From contig JAHFGE010000003.1 of the NCBI GenBank assembly GCA_023247575.1, forward strand, positions 24,940 to 66,597: a stretch of 41,658 bases of DNA. The letters run 5' to 3'. Numbering within the stretch: position 1 is the stretch's first letter; each line of letters starts with the position of its first letter. Shown piece after piece: positions 32,655-40,379 of this stretch. The notes below the pieces were generated by a model. That model saw only the letters and a list, made by a program, of their open reading frames with translations, searched no databases and was not told where the DNA came from. The DNA comes from Candidatus Omnitrophota bacterium. Its GTDB lineage: Bacteria > Omnitrophota > Gorgyraeia > Zapsychrales > Fredricksoniimonadaceae. A program made the translations under genes and the position numbers.

Positions 32655-33812
32655 ATGCGCATTGCGTTTTTCTCATGGGAGGCGGTCCATTCCGTTTTTG
32701 TCGGCGGTATTGGTCTTCACGTCACTGAGCTCGCCTGTGCCCTGGAACGCAAAGGCTACGAAGTGCATGTTTTTACGCGCATGGCCCGTCCTGATCATCT
32801 CACCTATGAATGTATCGATGGGGTTCACTATCACCGATGTCCATTTGCCAGCCATCCTGATTTCATAGAAGAAGTGGCCAATATGTGTCGTTCTTTTGTG
32901 GATACTTTTTTGGCTACGGAAGACTATATTGGTGGCTTTGATGTCATTCACGGCCATGACTGGCTGACAGCCTTTTGCCTGGAATGGATTAATAAAGCCC
33001 GACGCCATAAAACCGTTTTTACGATTCATTCCACGGAATATGGTCGCTGTGGAAATAATTTTTTTAATGGCCATTCTCAACATATCCGTCATTTGGAATG
33101 GTTAGGTTCTTACTGTAGCGACCAGGTTATTACGGTATCTAATGCCTTAAAGCATGAGGCTATGGGGATGTACAGTATCCCCGAATCTAAAGTCGATGTT
33201 GTCTATAACGGTGTTAGCTATTCGGATTATAACGGTTGGATTGACCCCGGAGATGTCAAACGTCAGTACGGGATTGGGCTCATGGATCCCATGGTCCTTA
33301 TTGTCGGCCGTATCGTCTACCAAAAGGGGCCGGACTTGCTGGTTAGTGCGATCCCTTCTGTTTTAAGCTTTTATCCCAATGCCAAGTTTGTCTTTGTGGG
33401 TGATGGAGAAATGCGGTGTGAAGTTGAACAACAGGCTCGTAACATGAGGGTGTCTCATGCAACGCGTTTTTTGGGCAAGCAAAGTTCCTGGCGTTTGAAA
33501 GATTTGTTCAAGTCCACGGATTGCGTCTGTGTCCCTAGTCGTAATGAACCTTTTGGCATTGTTATCCTGGAAGCCTGGAGCGCTGGAAAACCAGTTGTGG
33601 CCACCACCAATGGTGGCCCCAATGAGATTATCTGGCACGATGTCAATGGGTTAAAAATTCAAGATAATCCTGAATCCATAGCGTGGGGAATTGGAACACT
33701 CTTTAAAGATTTTGATCACGCTCGCTGGATGGGGCACAATGGCCGAATGACTGTGGAGACGTCTTTTTCGTGGGATGTTATCGCCAATGAAACGCTTCAT
33801 GTTTATAGTTGA
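32655..33812 (+). CDS. glycogen synthase-like glycosyltransferase (GT4/GT5, GT-B fold)
   Basis: It carries MRIAFFSWEAVHSVFVGGIGLHVTELACALERKGYEVHVFT and a C-terminal EPFGIVILEAWSAGKPVVATTNGGPNEII (E-x7-E). The AGAGG RBS lies 7 nt before the ATG at 32655; the ORF track starts at 32637. Confidence 0.8.
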   Translation: MRIAFFSWEAVHSVFVGGIGLHVTELACALERKGYEVHVFTRMARPDHLTYECIDGVHYHRCPFASHPDFIEEVANMCRSFVDTFLATEDYIGGFDVIHGHDWLTAFCLEWINKARRHKTVFTIHSTEYGRCGNNFFNGHSQHIRHLEWLGSYCSDQVITVSNALKHEAMGMYSIPESKVDVVYNGVSYSDYNGWIDPGDVKRQYGIGLMDPMVLIVGRIVYQKGPDLLVSAIPSVLSFYPNAKFVFVGDGEMRCEVEQQARNMRVSHATRFLGKQSSWRLKDLFKSTDCVCVPSRNEPFGIVILEAWSAGKPVVATTNGGPNEIIWHDVNGLKIQDNPESIAWGIGTLFKDFDHARWMGHNGRMTVETSFSWDVIANETLHVYS

Positions 33813-33824
33813 GGTGTATTAATT

Positions 33825-34916
33825 ATGCCACAACACATTTTCGATTCTTCAACCGAACTTCCCGCCTTACAGCCACGTACTCATTGCATCCTTATGCCAC
33901 GAGATCCTAACTGTATTTACGCTTATTGGGATTACACCCAGGAAGATATTGACAATACCCGTAACCAGCTTAAGTTCGAAGGGGCGGATTCTCAACTGGT
34001 CCTTCGCATCTATGATATTACCTTTATTGAGTTTAGCGGTTCAAATACGAATCGTAGCTGGGATCTGGATGTAGGTTTTTCAACTAAAAATTGGTACATT
34101 CATGTATGGCAAGATAATGCGGTTTACTGTGCTGAGCTTGGGCTTCGTCCTTCGACAAACTCAGGACTTGCCCCGAGCGAAGTCGAGGGGCTTCGCTGTG
34201 GCGTAAACCGTTTTATACCATTAGCGCGTTCTAACACTATCCGTACACCACCCAAATCCACCTCGCCAAGGAATGATTTGATTTGGCAGGATATTAAAGC
34301 CCGCAAGGAATCCCAACCCTACATTAGGGAAGATATTAAGGATCTTTCCAAACGTTCCCATAGTTTCAAAAAATTTGGTCAAGCCAAACAGTCCCTCAGA
34401 GAAGGAATCTACTATTTAACCCCCCAGGACATTCGTGCTTATTACAGGGAGATTTTTTCCAGAGTATCAAAAAAGAGTAAGAGTAACATCCGTTCACTTG
34501 AAGATATTCTCAAAGGAAAACTAAGAGGTAAATCCTGGCAAAAGGTCGAGCCTTTAATGACAAACGCTGATTTCATCAGGCGTCATCTTGGCGCCTCGAT
34601 GGAACTTATAGAGAAATGGGGGGCGAGTGAAAATTTATTGAACGCTCAAGAAAAAAATTTTTTCTTTGAAATTTGGACGGAATTGCTTGTCTATGGACGG
34701 ACAGAACCTGATGCAGCGGTTTGGCTCAACCAAAAGGGAATCAAGTTAAATCCAGATGGGACATTTTCATTACGCTATGTTCTTACCAACGGCGAAATTC
34801 CTCTTAAATTCATAGCTCAATCTTCAGACGGTGCCCAACAGCGTCATATCTCTACACGCGTTAAACGCGAAAAGACAGTAAGTTTTCCAAAGATGTTAAA
34901 GGAACCCCATGGCTAA
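33825..34916 (+). CDS. DUF4912 domain protein (conserved neighbour of GH57 branching enzymes)
   Basis: The N-terminus LMPRDPNCIYAYWDYTQEDI and the C-terminus FFFEIWTELLVYGRTEPDAAVWLN..I.LNPDGTF fit my recollection of DUF4912. It overlaps the downstream GH57 gene by 8 nt and contains repeat copy C. Confidence 0.7.
   Translation: MPQHIFDSSTELPALQPRTHCILMPRDPNCIYAYWDYTQEDIDNTRNQLKFEGADSQLVLRIYDITFIEFSGSNTNRSWDLDVGFSTKNWYIHVWQDNAVYCAELGLRPSTNSGLAPSEVEGLRCGVNRFIPLARSNTIRTPPKSTSPRNDLIWQDIKARKESQPYIREDIKDLSKRSHSFKKFGQAKQSLREGIYYLTPQDIRAYYREIFSRVSKKSKSNIRSLEDILKGKLRGKSWQKVEPLMTNADFIRRHLGASMELIEKWGASENLLNAQEKNFFFEIWTELLVYGRTEPDAAVWLNQKGIKLNPDGTFSLRYVLTNGEIPLKFIAQSSDGAQQRHISTRVKREKTVSFPKMLKEPHG
34149..34190. 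repeat. palindromic dispersed repeat, copy C, in frame inside DUF4912 CDS
   Basis: CCTTCGACAAACTCAGGACTTGCCCCGAGCGAAGTCGAGGGG is 42 nt, or 14 codons (PSTNSGLAPSEVEG). Confidence 0.7.
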
Positions 34917-36588
34917 AAAATCTAAAGGGTATCTTGCCCTTGTCCTTCATGCTCATTTGCCCTTTGTCCGCCATCCTGAAGCAAACTATTTTTTGGAAGA
35001 GAACTGGCTATTTGAGGCGGTCACCGAAACTTATATTCCCTTGATCCGGGTGTTTGAATCACTAACCAGAGATGATGTTGATTTTCGTGTGACTATGTCG
35101 ATTAGCCCGACCTTGTCAGCCATGTTCACTGACCCTTTGCTGCAGGACCGCTACGTGTGTCATATCAACAAACTCATTGAGCTGTCTGAGAAAGAATTAG
35201 ACCGCACCTGCCATGAGCCTCATTATCATGGACTAGCGCTTATGTACTATAACCGATTTCTGCAGGCGCGTGATACTTTTATTAATCGTTACCAAAGAAA
35301 TCTTATCCATGCTTTTAAAAGATTTCAGGAATCCGGTTGCTTGGAAATTATTGCCTGTGCCGCCACCCACGGCTTTTTACCGAATTTAAATATTAATAGA
35401 TCCTCCGTTAAGGCCCAAATTGAAATCGGTGTAGAGCAATATCGTAATCATTTTGGCATTGACCCCAAAGGAATGTGGCTCCCTGAATGCGGTTTTTATC
35501 CTGGGCTTGACCGTCTCTTAAAGGAAGCTGGAATTCGATATTTCTTCTGTGATTCCCACGGGATTATGAATGCGGATCCACAACCGCAATTTGGTGTTTA
35601 TGCTCCTGTTTATTGTCCCAGCGGTGTGGCTGCTTTTGGAAGAGATTGGGAATCCTCTAAACAGGTCTGGAGTTCAAAGGAAGGCTATCCAGGAGACCAA
35701 GCCTATCGTGAATACTACCGCGATATAGGCTTTACGCTCGATTTTAATTATATTAAGCCCTACATTCATCCCGATGGTATTCGCATTAATACAGGAATCA
35801 AGTATTGGCGCATCACGGGCAACACGGAATATAAAGAGCCTTACCAACCTCAGTGGGCTAAAGAGAAGGCTGGGGACCATGCTGGAAATTTTATGTTTAA
35901 CCGCCAAAAACAAATCGAACATTTATATCCATCTATGGACCGTCAACCTATCATCGTCGCTCCTTATGATGCGGAATTGTTTGGTCATTGGTGGTTTGAA
36001 GGTCCACAGTGGATTGACTTTTTAGCCAGAAAGGTATTTTACGATCAAGATACTGTTGAAATGACCACGCCTTCTGAGTATTTAAAACAGTATTCCACTA
36101 ATCAAGTAGCCATGCCCAGCCAATCCAGCTGGGGTGACAAAGGTTTTAGCGAGTTTTGGCTAGATGGTTGCAATGACTGGATTTACCCCTATCTTCATGA
36201 AGCCGGACGGCTCATGCAAGAACTGGCGAGAAAGAATTCTGGTTTGATCAAAGGAGATTTTAAGACAAATCCATCTAAATCGGCTTTGCGTTATCGAGCC
36301 ATTAATCAGGCCGCGCGTGAACTTCTTTTGGCCGAGGCTAGCGACTGGCCATTTATTATGAAGGCAGGCACGATGGTGGCTTACGCGCAAAAGCGATTAA
36401 AACAGCATTTACATCGGTTTTACAAATTATTTCATGAATTAGAGAGTGATTGTGTTGACGAAAATTGGCTTAGAGAAATTGAATTTAGAGATAATATATT
36501 TGAGAATACCAATTGTGCCAAATGTTATTTAGAGACAGAAAAGTTCGCCCCACCCAAGCCTAAAAAGAAAACCCTTCAACGGCTATGA
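34909..36588 (+). CDS. GH57-family 1,4-alpha-glucan branching enzyme (DUF1957-containing)
   Basis: It carries GYLALVLHAHLPFVRHPE, GMWLPECGFYPG (nucleophile Glu) and VAPYDAELFGHWWFEG (acid/base Asp). The protein is 559 aa. Confidence 0.85.
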   Translation: MAKKSKGYLALVLHAHLPFVRHPEANYFLEENWLFEAVTETYIPLIRVFESLTRDDVDFRVTMSISPTLSAMFTDPLLQDRYVCHINKLIELSEKELDRTCHEPHYHGLALMYYNRFLQARDTFINRYQRNLIHAFKRFQESGCLEIIACAATHGFLPNLNINRSSVKAQIEIGVEQYRNHFGIDPKGMWLPECGFYPGLDRLLKEAGIRYFFCDSHGIMNADPQPQFGVYAPVYCPSGVAAFGRDWESSKQVWSSKEGYPGDQAYREYYRDIGFTLDFNYIKPYIHPDGIRINTGIKYWRITGNTEYKEPYQPQWAKEKAGDHAGNFMFNRQKQIEHLYPSMDRQPIIVAPYDAELFGHWWFEGPQWIDFLARKVFYDQDTVEMTTPSEYLKQYSTNQVAMPSQSSWGDKGFSEFWLDGCNDWIYPYLHEAGRLMQELARKNSGLIKGDFKTNPSKSALRYRAINQAARELLLAEASDWPFIMKAGTMVAYAQKRLKQHLHRFYKLFHELESDCVDENWLREIEFRDNIFENTNCAKCYLETEKFAPPKPKKKTLQRL

Positions 36589-38072
36589 ACGATATCATCG
36601 AAAATTTACCAAACATATATCCAGAAGAAAATGAATTTAAATCAACAAAAAGCAAGAAACTTTATTCACCTTATTCGAATATTGATTTTAATAAAGTAAA
36701 ATCTGCCTTCGGCATTGCTCTTCATATGCATCAACCAACCATTCCGGCCGGAGGGAGCGATCTTCATACTGCCAATCTAATTTCAAATCTGCAATACATG
36801 TTTGAAAACCAAGGTATCGGCGATCATCATAATGCCTCTGTATTTTTTTGGTGCTACTATCGATTGTCTGAAATGATACCAGACCTTGTTAAGGAAGGTA
36901 AAAGTCCTCGGGTGATGCTGGATTATTCCGGTAATCTTCTGTGGGGTTTACGTCAGATCAATCATGGCTTGGTCATTGAAAATTTAAAAAAAATCACATG
37001 TGATCAGTTTTATTATCCTTATGTCGAATGGCTTGGAACAATGTGGTCGCATGCCGTTGTTACATCGACGCCGATACCAGATATTAAGCTTCATATGTTG
37101 GCGTTTCGTCATCATTTTGCTTCTATTTTTGGCCAAGAAGCTGAGGAACGTCTGAAAGGATTTTCTGCCCCCGAGATGCACTTGCCAATTCATCCGGACG
37201 TTTGCTATGAATATGTCAAAGCATTAAAGGAATGTGGCTACCAGTGGTTAATGGTGCAAGAACACACCATTGAATATCTTAATGGTCGCGGCATCGACAA
37301 TACCCATGTTCCTCATAAGCTGGTGGCCAAGAATTCTCTGGGGCAAATTCAAGAAATCACCGTCCTTATTAAAACTCAAGGATCTGATACAAAACTAGTT
37401 GCTCAGATGCAGCCTTTATCAGAGGCTCAGGGATTTTCCAAACAGCAGTATTGCGGTCATCAGATTCCACCTTTTGTTTGTCAGATCGGTGATGGGGAGA
37501 ATGGGGGTGTCATGATGAATGAGTTTCCCCCTATGTACATTCAATCGATCCGGGGCCTGACGAGGGAAGGGACTGTTGCTCTCAATGGTTCAGAATATTT
37601 GGAATTCTTAGAAGAGGCTGGTATCGATCCTGCTGATTTCGCGCCCGTACAGCCAATTTCCCAGCATCGTATTTGGCAGAAGATTAAAAAGTTTGAACCG
37701 CACGCAGCTGACATGGCCATCCAGGAAATTCAAAAACAAGATTCCTCTTTCAATCTTGATAAAGGTTCATGGACCAATGACCGCAACTGGGTCAAAGGAT
37801 ATGAACATTTGATGGATCCGATTAATCAATTGAGTGTGGCTTTTCATGAAAAATTTGATCAAAAAAATGTAGAAGGGCGTGATAAACCTGCCTGGCCGGC
37901 CGGCAGGTCACGCCCCTACAAGGAAGCCCTGTTATGCCTTCTCCTTTCTCAAACTAGCTGTTTCCGTTATTGGGGGCAGGGGGTGTGGACAGACTACGCT
38001 AAGGAACTTTGTCGACGAGGGATGGAGGCCATTCAAGGAAGAACGTCTGTACCGATGGAATTCTTTATTTAA
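36585..38072 (+). CDS. divergent GH57-like glycoside hydrolase, specificity unknown
   Basis: FGIALHMHQPTIP matches GH57 region I. GFSAPEMHLP and QIGDGENGGVMMNEF sit where GH57 places its catalytic Glu and Asp. It has an ATGA overlap with the branching enzyme gene. Confidence 0.55.
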   Translation: MNDIIENLPNIYPEENEFKSTKSKKLYSPYSNIDFNKVKSAFGIALHMHQPTIPAGGSDLHTANLISNLQYMFENQGIGDHHNASVFFWCYYRLSEMIPDLVKEGKSPRVMLDYSGNLLWGLRQINHGLVIENLKKITCDQFYYPYVEWLGTMWSHAVVTSTPIPDIKLHMLAFRHHFASIFGQEAEERLKGFSAPEMHLPIHPDVCYEYVKALKECGYQWLMVQEHTIEYLNGRGIDNTHVPHKLVAKNSLGQIQEITVLIKTQGSDTKLVAQMQPLSEAQGFSKQQYCGHQIPPFVCQIGDGENGGVMMNEFPPMYIQSIRGLTREGTVALNGSEYLEFLEEAGIDPADFAPVQPISQHRIWQKIKKFEPHAADMAIQEIQKQDSSFNLDKGSWTNDRNWVKGYEHLMDPINQLSVAFHEKFDQKNVEGRDKPAWPAGRSRPYKEALLCLLLSQTSCFRYWGQGVWTDYAKELCRRGMEAIQGRTSVPMEFFI

Positions 38073-38126
38073 ATATAGTGAGGAAAAGTTGAAGATTTTG
38101 AAAGTCAATTTATAATAACTCTGCAT

Positions 38127-40073
38127 ATGAATGATCCAATGACTAAAACCATGCACTCCTTTATTAGTGACCACGACGTCTATCTTTTTAAGGAAGGTAA
38201 TCACTTTAAACTTTATGAAAAATTGGGGGCCCATCCGATGGTGGTTGACGGCCAGCCAGGAGTTCATTTTGCTGTGTGGGCGCCTAATGCTAAACAAGTT
38301 TCAGTGATTGGCAACTTTAATAACTGGAATCGTCATGCACACCCCCTACAGTCTCGCTGGGACTCTTCGGGCATCTGGGAAGGATTTATCCCTGGTTTAA
38401 CAAAAGGAGAAGTTTATAAACATTTTATTGCTTCTAGTCATGGATTTTATCAAGTAGAAAAACAGGATCCGTTTGCCTTTTATAACGAGATAGCTCCTCA
38501 AACAGCTTCTGTAGTCTGGGGTCTAGACTATCAATGGCAGGATGCAAGCTGGATGAAAGAGCGTTATCAGAAAAATAGTTTAAGTGCTCCGTTTTCCATT
38601 TATGAAACGCATATTGGTTCTTGGAAAAGGGTGCCGGAAGATAACCACCGCCCTTTGACCTACCGGGAGTTAGCTGACCAGCTCCCCAAATATTTACAAG
38701 AAATGGGGTTTACCCATGTGGAATTTTTGCCCGTCATGGAACATCCCTTTTACGGGTCCTGGGGCTATCAAACATTGGGATATTTTGCCCCCACCAGCCG
38801 TTACGGGAGTCCTCAGGACTTTATGTATTTAGTTGACTGTCTTCATCAGCATGGCATTGGGGTTATCCTGGACTGGGTGCCATCCCATTTTCCTACCGAC
38901 GAGCATGGTTTAGTCTATTTTGATGGCACTCATCTTTATGAACATGCTGACGCTAAAAAAGGTTATCATCCGGATTGGAAAAGTTCCATTTTTAATTACG
39001 GCAGGAATGAAGTAAAGGAGTTTCTAATTTCTTCGGCTATGTTTTGGATGGACAAATTTCATGTTGATGGTCTTCGGGTTGATGCGGTTGCTTCCATGTT
39101 GTATCTGGATTATTCTCGTGGGCCTCATGAATGGATTCCCAATGAATATGGGGGAAGGGAAAATCTGGAAGCGATTTATTTTTTGCGCCGGCTCAATGAA
39201 GTTATCTATTCCTATTTCCCTGATACCCAGATGATTGCTGAAGAATCTACCGCTTGGGGCGGAGTTTCACGGCCGGCGTTCGTCGGTGGTTTAGGCTTTG
39301 GTATGAAATGGAACATGGGGTGGATGCACGACACTCTCGTTTACATAACCAAAGATCCTATTTATCGTAAATACCACCATAATGAGCTGACATTTTCGTT
39401 TTTATATGCGTACTCGGAGAATTTTTTGTTGTCTCTTTCCCACGACGAGGTTACTCATGGCAAAGGTTCTTTGGTAGGCAAAATGCCAGGGGATCATTGG
39501 CAAAAATTTGCCAATTTGCGTTTATTATTTGGATATATGTTTGCTCATCCAGGTAAGAAGCTCACTTTTATGGGGTCTGAATTCGCTCAAGTGGCTGAAT
39601 GGAGCCATGATCACAGCATTGAATGGCACCTTTTGCAATATGCCCCTCACCAAGGTATGCAAAAATGGTTAAAAGATTTAAATCACCTTTACCGTAGCCA
39701 ACCAGCTTTATATGAGAGAGATTTTACTCCGGAAGGGTTTGAGTGGATTGATTTAAGTGATTGTCAAAACAGCATTATAAGTTTTATTCGTAAATCTGCT
39801 GATAACAAGGATAGGATCATCGTCGTTTGTAATTTTACGCCTATGACATGGAACAACTATCGCATTGGGGTGCCTTATGGAGGATATTGGAAGGAAATTT
39901 TAAATAGTGATGCGGCCATTTATGGCGGTAGTAATCAAGGAAATGGTGGAGGCAAGGAAGCTGAGGATAAATCATGTCACGGCAGGCCATTTTCATTATC
40001 ATTAACCATACCACCATTGGGGATATTATTCTTTAAAAAACAGGAGACTGATTATGAAAACACAAGTCATTGA
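38127..40073 (+). CDS. glgB: GH13 1,4-alpha-glucan branching enzyme
   Basis: It has an N-terminal CBM48 ([22 protein letters not shown]) and the motifs [63 protein letters not shown] and LSHDEV. Confidence 0.95.
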   Translation: MNDPMTKTMHSFISDHDVYLFKEGNHFKLYEKLGAHPMVVDGQPGVHFAVWAPNAKQVSVIGNFNNWNRHAHPLQSRWDSSGIWEGFIPGLTKGEVYKHFIASSHGFYQVEKQDPFAFYNEIAPQTASVVWGLDYQWQDASWMKERYQKNSLSAPFSIYETHIGSWKRVPEDNHRPLTYRELADQLPKYLQEMGFTHVEFLPVMEHPFYGSWGYQTLGYFAPTSRYGSPQDFMYLVDCLHQHGIGVILDWVPSHFPTDEHGLVYFDGTHLYEHADAKKGYHPDWKSSIFNYGRNEVKEFLISSAMFWMDKFHVDGLRVDAVASMLYLDYSRGPHEWIPNEYGGRENLEAIYFLRRLNEVIYSYFPDTQMIAEESTAWGGVSRPAFVGGLGFGMKWNMGWMHDTLVYITKDPIYRKYHHNELTFSFLYAYSENFLLSLSHDEVTHGKGSLVGKMPGDHWQKFANLRLLFGYMFAHPGKKLTFMGSEFAQVAEWSHDHSIEWHLLQYAPHQGMQKWLKDLNHLYRSQPALYERDFTPEGFEWIDLSDCQNSIISFIRKSADNKDRIIVVCNFTPMTWNNYRIGVPYGGYWKEILNSDAAIYGGSNQGNGGGKEAEDKSCHGRPFSLSLTIPPLGILFFKKQETDYENTSH

Positions 40074-40353
40074 AGCGGCAGGAAAAACATGGAGATTTTT
40101 AGGCCAAAACGGCGAGACTAACGTCAGTAAACTTCCCCGGTTGCTCAAAGAAAAAGATCCCGTGGTATTTCAGGCGTTAGGATGGTTAGCCCGTGAGGAT
40201 AAAGTCAACTATTCGACTAAAAATCGTCGTACATTTGTTTCTTTAGTAGAAAGTGAATTACGGGCCTTCAATAGTGTCATGTACCATATGAATACCCAGA
40301 TACAAGATGGCAAGGCTTTAAGTTCCCTTAATGGGCAGAGAGCCAAACAATGA
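40054..40353 (+). CDS. winged helix-turn-helix protein (DUF2582-like)
   Basis: [20 protein letters not shown]...[15 protein letters not shown] fits the DUF2582 wHTH pattern. It overlaps the glgB 3' end by 20 nt. Confidence 0.55.
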   Translation: MKTQVIEAAGKTWRFLGQNGETNVSKLPRLLKEKDPVVFQALGWLAREDKVNYSTKNRRTFVSLVESELRAFNSVMYHMNTQIQDGKALSSLNGQRAKQ

Positions 40354-40379
40354 TTCTTCAATGAAACTGTCGGTAAAGT

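Noticed and set aside
1776-38115. Alternative-frame + strand ORFs: 1776-2117, 9110-9472, 14001-14192, 15050-15463, 26417-26611, 29649-29846, 30054-30278, 32662-32868, 33154-33366, 35774-36025 and 37879-38115.
   Set aside because: All but one are nested in stronger, motif-supported genes in another frame. The exception is 9110-9472, which straddles the OsmC/MFS junction. Their products are Arg/Ser/Cys-rich or otherwise implausible.
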